This document shows, piece by piece, positions 46,629 to 56,054 of a stretch of DNA of 64,000 nt. A model generated the notes under the pieces. That model did no database searches and was not told the DNA's origin. It saw only the letters and a list, made by a program, of their open reading frames with translations. The stretch covers positions 1,024,001-1,088,000 of the forward strand of contig CBDIID010000003.1 in the NCBI GenBank assembly GCA_965279515.1, given 5' to 3'. A program made the translations under genes and the position numbers. Each line of letters begins with the position of its first letter. Within the stretch, counting starts at the first letter, position 1. The DNA is from Turneriella sp. GTDB lineage: Bacteria; Spirochaetota; Leptospiria; Turneriellales; Turneriellaceae.

Positions 46629-48377
46629 CTAGTCTTCGGCTTCGCGATGCATCTCGCGGGGGGCAGTGATGCCCATGAGGCTGAGTCCCGTTTCCAGGAC
46701 CTGCGCCGCCAGCGAGCAAAGCGTCAAGAGCGCCGCTGCTTCTTCTTGATTCGAGTTCAGTAAATCTTTGATACGGTTATTTTTACCGTGGTAAAATGAC
46801 GTGAACAGCGTGGCGCTCTGGTAGAGATATTCGGGCAGACGCTGGATTTCATAGTTGCGGGCGATATCCTGCACCAGCTCGGGAAAACGCATGAGGTAAA
46901 AGAACAAAGCCTGGCGCTCGGTTTTTCCTTCGCCCAGAATATGATTCAGAGCTCCGGTAAGATCGAGCGGTTTGGTGGCATCATGCCCCGCCTCTCTAAA
47001 TATCGAGTGTATCCGCGCATGCGCGTACTGCAGATAATAGACCGGGTTCTTTTTTGACTGATCGAGCGCCAGCGTCAGGTCAAAGTCGAGGTGGGTGCTG
47101 AGTGCACGCGTCACAAAAAAGTAACGGCAGACATCCACGGGAATTTTTTCGATGAGATCGCGCATCGTCTGGAACTTGCCCAGGCGCTTACTCATCACGA
47201 CCGGCTCACCGTTTTCGAGCAGGTTGACCTGCTGCGCGATAATGACCTTGAAGCTTTCACCGGCTTTTTCGCCGAAGCCTAAAGCCTTGAGCGCACCCGA
47301 AAGGCGGGAGATATAACCATGGTGGTCAGGCCCCCAGATATCGACGATCGTCTTAAAACCGCGCTCGACCTTGGTGTTGTGGTAGGCGATGTCGGCCAGA
47401 AGGTATGTCGGCCGACCGTCGGAGCGCACAATGACACGATCCTTATCGTCGCCGTATTCGGTGCTGAGGAAGACCTGGGCACCCTCTTCCGTCTTGATCT
47501 TACCTTTCTTTTGCAGCGTCTCGCCAATCGCCAGCACAGCGCCCTTCTCATGCAGCGATGCTTCAGAGAAAAAATTATCGAATTCGGTGCGAAAGGCAGC
47601 GAGATCCTTTTGTTGTTCGCCCAGAATCGCGCGGATGCCCAACGGCGAGAAGAATTTGCCTGCCGCAGCGAGCCATTCACTCTCGTTAAGCGCAGCAATT
47701 TTTGATTCTGTCAGGAGTACCGTTTCGGGTATTTTTTCCGTAGTGAGCAGGCGATCCAGATACTCGATGATGTACTCACCCTGGTAGCAGTTTTCGGGCA
47801 GGTCGACGGATTTAAATTTTTGCAGATAGCGGTAAGCAAACGACAGACCGAGCATGTCGACCTGGTTGCCATAGTCATTCACATAATATTCGCGGTGCAC
47901 ATCATGCCCTGCGGCTTTGAGCATACGTGTAATGCTGTCACCCACCGATGCGGCGCGCGCGGAAACAATATTCATGGGTCCCGTGGGGTTAGCAGAAACA
48001 TATTCGAAGATAATTTTTTCCTGGGCGGTCTCGTTTTGAGAACCATTGAGCCAGGCGCTGAGCGTTGTGAAATTCAATGCCTGCGCGAGTCCCGCGCTAT
48101 TCAGCGTGAAGTTGATAAAACCAGCGCCCGCTAATTCGATTTTTTCGAGGTGCGTCTTGTCCAGTTCGGCAAGAATTTTTTCGGCGATCGCGCGCGGCGG
48201 CAGCTTAAAGACTTTCGCAAGCTCCATCGCCGCCGGTGTCGCATAGTGACCGAATTTGAGATCAGGGGTGTAATCGATGCGCGGCGCAAAACCTTCGGGC
48301 AAGGCCACACCGAGACCGGCTGCCGCACGACGGGAGGCCTCAGTGACGAGTTGTCGGATAACAAAGCGGAGCGTCAT
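46629..48377 (-). CDS. argS: Arginine--tRNA ligase
   Basis: EYVSANPTGP, EYYVNDYGNQ, MSKR, YLQYAHARIHSI. Confidence 0.96.
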   Translation of the reverse strand: MTLRFVIRQLVTEASRRAAAGLGVALPEGFAPRIDYTPDLKFGHYATPAAMELAKVFKLPPRAIAEKILAELDKTHLEKIELAGAGFINFTLNSAGLAQALNFTTLSAWLNGSQNETAQEKIIFEYVSANPTGPMNIVSARAASVGDSITRMLKAAGHDVHREYYVNDYGNQVDMLGLSFAYRYLQKFKSVDLPENCYQGEYIIEYLDRLLTTEKIPETVLLTESKIAALNESEWLAAAGKFFSPLGIRAILGEQQKDLAAFRTEFDNFFSEASLHEKGAVLAIGETLQKKGKIKTEEGAQVFLSTEYGDDKDRVIVRSDGRPTYLLADIAYHNTKVERGFKTIVDIWGPDHHGYISRLSGALKALGFGEKAGESFKVIIAQQVNLLENGEPVVMSKRLGKFQTMRDLIEKIPVDVCRYFFVTRALSTHLDFDLTLALDQSKKNPVYYLQYAHARIHSIFREAGHDATKPLDLTGALNHILGEGKTERQALFFYLMRFPELVQDIARNYEIQRLPEYLYQSATLFTSFYHGKNNRIKDLLNSNQEEAAALLTLCSLAAQVLETGLSLMGITAPREMHREAED

Positions 48378-48402
48378 GCGATCACAGCGGCTTTAACGGA
48401 TC

Positions 48403-49257
48403 TTATAAAGAGAACTCGAAACCTTCGGGAATCATTGCCGCCGTCGGGAACAGTTTTTTCGCGTCGGCTTCCATCTGCATCAGGGTGTTGTCTGAATGCA
48501 GCGGATCGTGGTGTATCATGTGTAAATTTTTCACTCCGCCGCCCTTGCAGATCTGGATACCACTTTCATAGGTCGAGTGGCCCCAACCGATCTTGCCCGC
48601 ATCGTATTCCGCGACAGTATACTGGCAGTCATAGGCTAAAACATCGGCGCCTTTACAGAAGACGGCGAGTTTTTCAATCATCTCGGCGTTGTGCTCGACG
48701 TCCGTTGAAAAGATGAAGGATTTTCCCCCGGCGTCAAAACGGAAAGCCAGCGTCGAATTCGGGTGGTGCAGCGAGAAACACGAGACCTCGATCTCGCCGA
48801 TTTTTAATTTCGTTTCGGGTGTGATTTCATGGAAGGTCTTGTTCGAAGACATATATTTCGTGCCGACGGGAAAATAGATGAAATGCTGCTGCATTTTCAG
48901 CGCCTTTTCAATCGTCCAACTCTCATCTTCGCCATCGAGCCCCGGTACGGTCTTGGTTTGACCATAGACGTCGAGGGTGACATTGGGCAAGAACGCCGGT
49001 ACAAAGAACGGAAAGCCCTGGATATGGTCCCAGTGGGTGTGTGTGAAGAGCATGTGGATGCGCCCGCCGGTTTTGGGTAAGTCGCCGCGCATCAGCTCGA
49101 GGCCGAGAATACGGATACCCGTGCCTGCATCGATGACAATCTTTGTATCTTTGTACTGCACATAACAACAAGTGGTATTGCCGCCGAAACGGTTGAATTC
49201 CGCACCGCTGGTGGGCAGGGATCCGCGAACGCCGTAATATTTTATTTTCAATGACAC
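48403..49257 (-). CDS. MBL-fold metallo-hydrolase
   Basis: GVRGSLP, GGNTTC, DAGTG, THTHWDHIQG, WGHS, HHDP. GTG start at 49257 is inferred. Confidence 0.88.
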   Translation of the reverse strand: MSLKIKYYGVRGSLPTSGAEFNRFGGNTTCCYVQYKDTKIVIDAGTGIRILGLELMRGDLPKTGGRIHMLFTHTHWDHIQGFPFFVPAFLPNVTLDVYGQTKTVPGLDGEDESWTIEKALKMQQHFIYFPVGTKYMSSNKTFHEITPETKLKIGEIEVSCFSLHHPNSTLAFRFDAGGKSFIFSTDVEHNAEMIEKLAVFCKGADVLAYDCQYTVAEYDAGKIGWGHSTYESGIQICKGGGVKNLHMIHHDPLHSDNTLMQMEADAKKLFPTAAMIPEGFEFSL

Positions 49258-49291
49258 GCTTTTTCTAATATCGTTCGCACGGGGGGATAAA

Positions 49292-49957
49292 CTGAACGCA
49301 GGCCAATCCATAAACGCGACCGCCGACGTAAAACGCTTCACGAGTCGTTACGCCTTTCCCCCGACCTCGACACTCGGCGATGGCATGTATCTCGGCGCCG
49401 GCGCCGACCTGGAAGTAGATACGCTGCTCTACGCCTACAGCCACGGCTTTTTCCCCTGGTATGAAAAGGCGCCGATCCTGTGGTGTTCTCCACCCGACCG
49501 GATGATCCTCCGGGGTGGTGAGCTGCACATCAACCGCAGCATGCGCCGCGTATTGAAAAAGTCAGACCACGCCCTGCGCAAGAATACCGCGTTTGCCGAT
49601 GTCATCCGCCTCTGCGCCGACCTGCGCGAAGAGACGTGGATCACCCCCGAAATGATCGCTGCATACACACGGCTCCACGACGCCGGCTGGGCGCACTCGT
49701 GGGAAACCTTCGACAACGAAAGGCTGGTCGGCGGCATCTACGGTGTTGTGATGGGTGGTGCGGCGTTTCTCGAATCGACTTTTCATCTCGAACCCAATGC
49801 GGGCAAAGAGGCTTTCGTGGCGATGTATGACGACCTGACTGAGCGTGGCATCCACCTGTTTGATTTTCAGGTACATTCAGAGATTGCAGAATCTTTCGGC
49901 GCCTACGAAGTCGGGCGCAGCCAGTTTGAAAAATATCTCGCCCGGGCGCTCGCCTGA
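49292..49957 (+). CDS. aat: Leucyl/phenylalanyl-tRNA--protein transferase (start uncertain; first ATG at 49385)
   Basis: ADL...LLYAYSHGFFPW, TWITPEM..AY..LH..GWAHS.E, LVGGIYG. Confidence 0.88.
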   Translation: MNAGQSINATADVKRFTSRYAFPPTSTLGDGMYLGAGADLEVDTLLYAYSHGFFPWYEKAPILWCSPPDRMILRGGELHINRSMRRVLKKSDHALRKNTAFADVIRLCADLREETWITPEMIAAYTRLHDAGWAHSWETFDNERLVGGIYGVVMGGAAFLESTFHLEPNAGKEAFVAMYDDLTERGIHLFDFQVHSEIAESFGAYEVGRSQFEKYLARALA

Positions 49958-52900
49958 TGGCATTTTATTACCACAAGGCACATAGCCTCGGTGTCCTGTT
50001 TCCCGAACTCTACCGGCTGATCAAAGAAGAACGTAAGACCCTGCGGCCCCAGACCCCGCAAACCATCATCGTGGGCAGCCTCGATGTCGAAGCGTGGATT
50101 GAGGAAAAATTCATCGAACATGACGGCGTGCTCATGGGAGTGCATTTCCCTTTTCTCGAAACAGCACTCGAAACTTTTGCGGAACGACAGACCGCTGCCA
50201 TATTTCCCGGGGCGCATGAGTCATGGTTTTCGGTGATACCAGGCCTTAAGCGCGCAAAAAAAGCGGGCATGCTGCAACTCGAATTGGCAGTGCTGAATCT
50301 GCTCATGGCGGCGCGCGAAGAAAATCCTGCTGTTATTTTCGAATATGACATTCAAAATCTGGGCCCCCTGCAATTGCTGACGCTGGCACAGCGCATCGCC
50401 CGGGAAATCCGCGAGTATCTGCTGCACGCCCCCGATGCGATGGAGAAATTTCTGCGCGGGAAACCCACGGCAGCAATCGGGAAAATATGGAAGGTCGTCA
50501 ACGCAGAACTGCGGCAGGCCGGATATGTTTCAGGAATGTTTTCCGGCAACCGCGACGCGAAAGAAAAAGCAGAGGAACCTTCTCTTTTCAGCACCGCGCA
50601 GGGAGGCGGCTCGCTTTATCTTTTTGGCATGCCGGTACTTTCGGCCTATCATATCCGCAAACTCTGCGCCGTCGCACGCACTGTCGATGTCCATCTGCTT
50701 GGTGTCCACCCGGAAACCGGTTCCCGAATCCACAATGACTACTACTTTTCCGTCGCAAAAATTTACGCGGCCTATGCGGCATTCCTCGCTAAAACGGCAA
50801 AAAGTCTCGACACACAATTTTCGGAAATTTCACATAGTTCGAATTTTTCTGCCTGGCAAAAAGCCTGGCTTGAAGATAAAGCCATGGATGCACCGGTACA
50901 GAGCCCGGTATCATTTCTGGGCCTTCCCGGCCTGTGGCGCGGCGCTGAAATCATTGCCGATCTCTGGCATCAAGAAATGCGCAACGATGCGGCGATCCGC
51001 CAGGATGATTTTTCGCTCATGCTGACCGACCCTGCGGGTCAGTTTCCTGCATTTGACAAAGCCTGCGGTTCGCGGCGGCTCGCTGTCTTTGCGCGCAACC
51101 GGCTCTTTGAGCGCCCGCATAGCATCGTAGAGCTGATCTCGGTACTTGCCAGCGCTTCGGGTGACGGCGTGAACCGGGATCTGCTGGTGCGGTATTTTTC
51201 GAATGCAGTGGTGTGCGAAAGATTCCGCCTCGATAGCGAAAAGACCAACCTCTATATCCGTGCGCTCACCGAAGCGAATGGTTTTCGCAACGACTATCCG
51301 GGAGCTCTCGGCATCTTCAATCTGACAGCGGCACTGGATCGCATCAGGCGCGCCCTCCTCATCGATCCGCCGACTGCTGTCGGTGACGGCATTCCCGGTG
51401 CGACGTATATCCGCAGCCTGGATACGGCAGAAACGCTCAGCGAATTTTTAAGCTGCCTTGAAATACTGACACAAGTGTCTGTAATACTAAAACCTCAGCC
51501 AGGCGCCGAGCTGGTCAGACAGCTTATCGCCTTCCTCCATAAATTCCAAAGTGAGCCTTCGCCTGAATTTAATGCAATCGCCGAAGCGCTCACGGAAATC
51601 GCGGCACTCATCCCCAACCATAACTTGAGCCTTCAGCAGGTTGCGCGGATGCTCATCCGGAATATTCCGGGAAAAAATCTCTCGCAGAGCGCCCAACGGC
51701 AGGGCATCTGCGCGTCGCCGCTGAGCTCCCCCGCGCCTTTCAGGCGGTCGGTTACCCTGTGCGACATGAACGAAGAGCTCGACGCCGCACCGGAAAACGA
51801 AGAGGGTATGCTGCCCGAGTACCTCATCTCGCCCACCCGCCTGAAAAAAACTGACCAGGTTGCAATTCACCTGGTACACGCGGCGCTCAGCGAAACCGCG
51901 GCGCTGCAAATCTGTTATTCCCGCTTTGATCCCAAAACCGGCGCAGAGAAATACCGCAGCGTCGAAGTGGAACGCTTTAAGGCTTCATTGGCAGCGAGGA
52001 AGATTATTTTTGCGGAAACGGACGGCTTCCCGCAAACCATTTTCGACGCCGCGCCGGGTTTTGCCCCCAATGCAGCGGATGCCGATGTCAGGACGGTGAG
52101 GCTGTCCTACACAAAGGCTGTCGCCGAACTGAACTTGGCTCAGGCCTTGCTTCCGGCCTTGCAGGTTAAGGAACCCGCCGCAGACCTGACGGTTAAAAAC
52201 CTGATCGATTATGTGCAGAAGCCTTTCCAGTTTTTTTACGGCCGCATCACAACGCTGCCTGAAGATCCGGCGGATTTCCGCTTTGGCGAACCTAAACTTG
52301 CCGAGAGCAAGAGTTTTAAGTTCCGTTTTGCCGAAAATTACCTGAAACAAGCGGTGCTTGCGCCGCGGGCTATCCCCCTGGATAATCCTCTTTCACTCTT
52401 CGCCGCAGAACAACTCAAGGGCATTGCCGAACCCGAGGGTTTTGATTTCATGCACCGGCTGTTATCTTCAGGTAACAATGAGCGCATACTCATCGCTGCC
52501 GCCGAAGCCGCGCAGAATAGATTTCACATCATCGAGTACCTCTTCGACACGCGAATCAAAACAGCCTTTTCCGTAAAAGAAGGTGAGCGCTTAACACGGC
52601 GCTATCTGCCGGCGCCAAAGATCGGTTCCGTTACTATCACGGGAAGCACGGACAAATTTCTTGTCACCGCTGAAGATAGTTATCTCTACTTGGCAGGCTC
52701 TTTTAAAGACGGCGACAGGACAAAACATTGCGTCGGCGCCTACCTGCAACTGGCGGTGATCCTCACGGCAACCGCTAATTTTCCCGAACAGGCCCCTGCG
52801 GGCATTAAGCTCATGCAATATGAAATCAAAATCAGCGACGCGGAAAAATCTGCTGTCGAAATATCATCGGCAATAAAATTTTCACTGGATGCGGAAAAAA

Positions 52901-53202
52901 TCAGTGGTGGCGATGCTTATCTGAACGGTATTGCAGAAGCCATTGCCAGCCAAGGAGCCCCCTACTTTGACCTGAAACTGCTAGGGATAAACAAGCTCGG
53001 CGGCTTTGCGGAAAAAAGCGATGCCGAGATTCTCGACGCGCTGACCAAGACACTGACCAGCGGGGATTCCCCGGATTTTCTCGCCGATTTTTACCAACCT
53101 GGCCTGAACGACGACAGCGTCGCGTTTTTCAACCAATTCATCCGACCGATCGCCGAAACTGATGTCACAGCTGCAAAACCCAAGACGGGCAGGAAAAAAT
53201 GA
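49957..53202 (+). CDS. recC: Exodeoxyribonuclease V gamma subunit (RecC-like, divergent)
   Basis: 1081 aa, first gene of a recC-B-D cluster; 'LYLFGM', 'DYVQKPFQFF' inactive-nuclease-like motif. Confidence 0.7.
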   Translation: MAFYYHKAHSLGVLFPELYRLIKEERKTLRPQTPQTIIVGSLDVEAWIEEKFIEHDGVLMGVHFPFLETALETFAERQTAAIFPGAHESWFSVIPGLKRAKKAGMLQLELAVLNLLMAAREENPAVIFEYDIQNLGPLQLLTLAQRIAREIREYLLHAPDAMEKFLRGKPTAAIGKIWKVVNAELRQAGYVSGMFSGNRDAKEKAEEPSLFSTAQGGGSLYLFGMPVLSAYHIRKLCAVARTVDVHLLGVHPETGSRIHNDYYFSVAKIYAAYAAFLAKTAKSLDTQFSEISHSSNFSAWQKAWLEDKAMDAPVQSPVSFLGLPGLWRGAEIIADLWHQEMRNDAAIRQDDFSLMLTDPAGQFPAFDKACGSRRLAVFARNRLFERPHSIVELISVLASASGDGVNRDLLVRYFSNAVVCERFRLDSEKTNLYIRALTEANGFRNDYPGALGIFNLTAALDRIRRALLIDPPTAVGDGIPGATYIRSLDTAETLSEFLSCLEILTQVSVILKPQPGAELVRQLIAFLHKFQSEPSPEFNAIAEALTEIAALIPNHNLSLQQVARMLIRNIPGKNLSQSAQRQGICASPLSSPAPFRRSVTLCDMNEELDAAPENEEGMLPEYLISPTRLKKTDQVAIHLVHAALSETAALQICYSRFDPKTGAEKYRSVEVERFKASLAARKIIFAETDGFPQTIFDAAPGFAPNAADADVRTVRLSYTKAVAELNLAQALLPALQVKEPAADLTVKNLIDYVQKPFQFFYGRITTLPEDPADFRFGEPKLAESKSFKFRFAENYLKQAVLAPRAIPLDNPLSLFAAEQLKGIAEPEGFDFMHRLLSSGNNERILIAAAEAAQNRFHIIEYLFDTRIKTAFSVKEGERLTRRYLPAPKIGSVTITGSTDKFLVTAEDSYLYLAGSFKDGDRTKHCVGAYLQLAVILTATANFPEQAPAGIKLMQYEIKISDAEKSAVEISSAIKFSLDAEKISGGDAYLNGIAEAIASQGAPYFDLKLLGINKLGGFAEKSDAEILDALTKTLTSGDSPDFLADFYQPGLNDDSVAFFNQFIRPIAETDVTAAKPKTGRKK

Positions 53203-56054
53203 CGCCCGCAGAAGAACAAGCCCACATCGCACGCCTCGTCAGCAATGGGGAGCATATCTTCATCGAAGCTTCGGCGGGTTCCGGTAAGACCACGCGGCTC
53301 GTGTCACTGATCGTCGAGATCATACGGCAAGGTAAGGCCCGCCTCCCTGAAATTCTCTGCGTCACGTTTACTGAAAAAGCGGCCTCGGAACTCAAGGCGC
53401 GCATCTTTGCCCGGCTGGCAGCTGAAAAGGGGGAACACACAGCCCGGGCGCTCAGTGATTTTTCCACCAACAGCATCGGTACCATACACAGCTTTTACCG
53501 CGCCGCTTTACGCGAAGACCCGGCGCGTGCCGGCGAAGAAGGTTTAGAGGCCAATGCCGATGAAAAGGAACTTTTCGAAGAGGCCCGTGAATATGTGTTC
53601 CGCATTGAATGGCAAAAGCTGGGCGCCGATCAGCTCGCTGGTTATCTCGAGGAGCTGGATTTCGGCAAAAAGAATTTTGTTTCGCGCGAACGCGCCCTCG
53701 ATGCCGAGCTGCGGCCCAAATGCCTGTATCTTTTTGGCGCACACACGACGCCTGTTTCACCCGAGATCGCCGATGCGGATTTAATACGCACCGCGACCGA
53801 TTTCAAGGCATGGACGATAAGGAATATTGTCATGCGCATGCGCGAACTCGTGGAGGGCAAGAACCTGCTGACTTTCTCCGGGATGATCGCCGGCACAGCG
53901 GATGCCATCCAAAACCCGGAATTTGTCCGCAAACTGCGCAGCCGCTACCGTTACGCACTGATCGATGAATTCCAGGACACCGACGCGCTGCAATGGCAGA
54001 TTTTCAAAACCCTGTTTTTGAATGCAAAAAACACCCTGATTGTTGTGGGAGATCCCAAACAGGCTATCTATAAATTCCGCGGCGCCGACGTCTTCGTATA
54101 CCTGCATGCGCGCGAAGAGATGCTGGCCGAAGGCGCCTTTGCCGACCGGTTGCCGCGCAACCACCGCAGCACACCGGAGATTCTCAGCGCCCTCGATTCC
54201 ATTTTTGCGGCACCGGAAGTTGCGGCGGTTTGGCACCGGGCCAACATAAACTATGCCATTCCCGAACGCGCCCGGGCCAGCGATGCAGAAAGCGGGGTGG
54301 AATTCTACCGACGGAACAAATACTCAGCCTCTGCGCGCGAAGATTTTGCCCACCTCGCGGCGGGGCGGATAAGCGATCTGAAACGGCGCCACCCGGATTG
54401 GACAATCGCCATCATTGCCTTCAAGCACCATACCCTCGAAATATGCGCTGACGTGCTGCGCGCATCCGGCATCGAATATGCTTATTACCGCCAAAAACCG
54501 GATTTCGCGCGCGTTGAATTCACCCATTTGGGAATTTTCCTGCAATCTTTCGCGCTGCCCGCGGAAGAAGGTTATGCCCTCGCGCTGAAAACCCTCTTTC
54601 TTAAGGCCGAGAAAGAGCCCGCGGAATACTACCGCCGCCTCGCGGCGCATATCAACGAGGGGCGCATTTTGGTTTTCCTGCAAAACCTGGCGCAGAACCT
54701 GAACTCCATACAGCTGCTCATGGCAATCGACCCCGACCGAAATATCTACCATGGCTGGCGGGTTCTCACACAAAAGCTGCTCGCACTTTGCGGCGAAAAA
54801 ATCTTCGACCTGGAATCATTGCGTGCGGTGCTGCATACCATGGAACATGACCCCGACGAAGACGAACGCGGGGGAGATATGCTGCGCTCCCCCGGGGCAG
54901 TCACGCTGCTCACCGTCGCCAGCGCCAAGGGGCTCGACTGGGATGTCGTGCTTCTCGCCGACGGTTATTCAGATAAGCGCTGGCAGGATTTCCCGTTTTT
55001 CCATGACGCCCGGGGAAATGCAATTGTGCCTGCAGATGCAGAGGTTTTCGAAAGCGGTAGCGATAAACTGATGCCGATTGCGGAAGAGGCGCGCATTACC
55101 CAACTCAACCTGCTCTACGTGGCACTGACGCGGGCCAAACAGAAATTTATCACGTATATCATCCCGCCGTGGCGGGAAAATGAAGCCGGTCCGGCAAGTT
55201 ATTTCCTCACGGCATGGGCTGAGATTGCGACGGTACCACTCCTCGACTTCGATGAAGCGGTCGCAGCAATTCCATCCGGAATCGGGAAGCAGGCAGAACC
55301 AAACCTTCCGGTCGGGGTGGAACATGGCACAATACCTGCACGTATCCGCGAACGCACCTCTTTTAGCCGGCTTACTGTCGCCGAGTTCAGCGAGACGAAT
55401 TTTATTGAAGATATTTTGCCGCGCGGCAGCGGCGTCGGTGAAATTCTGCACGGCATTCTCGAAAACTGTGACTTTACGATGTACCGCAAAGGCCGCATAC
55501 CCGACCCCGCAGCGCTGACGGCGGAGATCATTCCCTTGCTGGGAAACATCCGCCGCGACGGCAAAGATATTACCCCGCAGGTTGCAGAACGTATTCTCGG
55601 CATTATCGCCGCCTGCTCCGCTGCGGAGCTACCCTTAAGAAACGCTGGCGCTGTAAGTCTTTGCGATCTGCCGCCTGAAAATCTCTGGCGTGAAATGCCG
55701 TTTTGGAGCGCCGCCGCAACGCACCGGGTACTGCGGGAATACGCCGGCAACGAAACCAGGCGCTCAATGCACGGCTTCATGGATCTCGTCTTCACCGTCG
55801 ACGAGAAGGATTATTATATCCTCGATTACAAGAGCAATTCATTGAGCAGCGTCACGCCCGAAAATATCGACGGGTATACACGCGAACACTACGCCCTGCA
55901 GGCAGAAATTTATTCGGAGGCGCTGTCAGCTTATTTGAGAAAAAATTATCCCGGCGAAAACCGGCGCGTCGCCGGTTGTTATTTCCTTTTCCTGCGTTAT
56001 CTCAAACCCGACAGCCGCGAAGGCGTGCATTTTACGGAGGCAGCGGATGCCTGA
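53199..56054 (+). CDS. recB: Exodeoxyribonuclease V beta subunit RecB
   Basis: IEASAGSGKT, VTFTEKA, IDEFQDTD, VGDPKQAIYKFRGAD, LYVALTRAK, nuclease motif GFMDLVF..ILDYKSN. Confidence 0.88.
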   Translation: MTPAEEQAHIARLVSNGEHIFIEASAGSGKTTRLVSLIVEIIRQGKARLPEILCVTFTEKAASELKARIFARLAAEKGEHTARALSDFSTNSIGTIHSFYRAALREDPARAGEEGLEANADEKELFEEAREYVFRIEWQKLGADQLAGYLEELDFGKKNFVSRERALDAELRPKCLYLFGAHTTPVSPEIADADLIRTATDFKAWTIRNIVMRMRELVEGKNLLTFSGMIAGTADAIQNPEFVRKLRSRYRYALIDEFQDTDALQWQIFKTLFLNAKNTLIVVGDPKQAIYKFRGADVFVYLHAREEMLAEGAFADRLPRNHRSTPEILSALDSIFAAPEVAAVWHRANINYAIPERARASDAESGVEFYRRNKYSASAREDFAHLAAGRISDLKRRHPDWTIAIIAFKHHTLEICADVLRASGIEYAYYRQKPDFARVEFTHLGIFLQSFALPAEEGYALALKTLFLKAEKEPAEYYRRLAAHINEGRILVFLQNLAQNLNSIQLLMAIDPDRNIYHGWRVLTQKLLALCGEKIFDLESLRAVLHTMEHDPDEDERGGDMLRSPGAVTLLTVASAKGLDWDVVLLADGYSDKRWQDFPFFHDARGNAIVPADAEVFESGSDKLMPIAEEARITQLNLLYVALTRAKQKFITYIIPPWRENEAGPASYFLTAWAEIATVPLLDFDEAVAAIPSGIGKQAEPNLPVGVEHGTIPARIRERTSFSRLTVAEFSETNFIEDILPRGSGVGEILHGILENCDFTMYRKGRIPDPAALTAEIIPLLGNIRRDGKDITPQVAERILGIIAACSAAELPLRNAGAVSLCDLPPENLWREMPFWSAAATHRVLREYAGNETRRSMHGFMDLVFTVDEKDYYILDYKSNSLSSVTPENIDGYTREHYALQAEIYSEALSAYLRKNYPGENRRVAGCYFLFLRYLKPDSREGVHFTEAADA

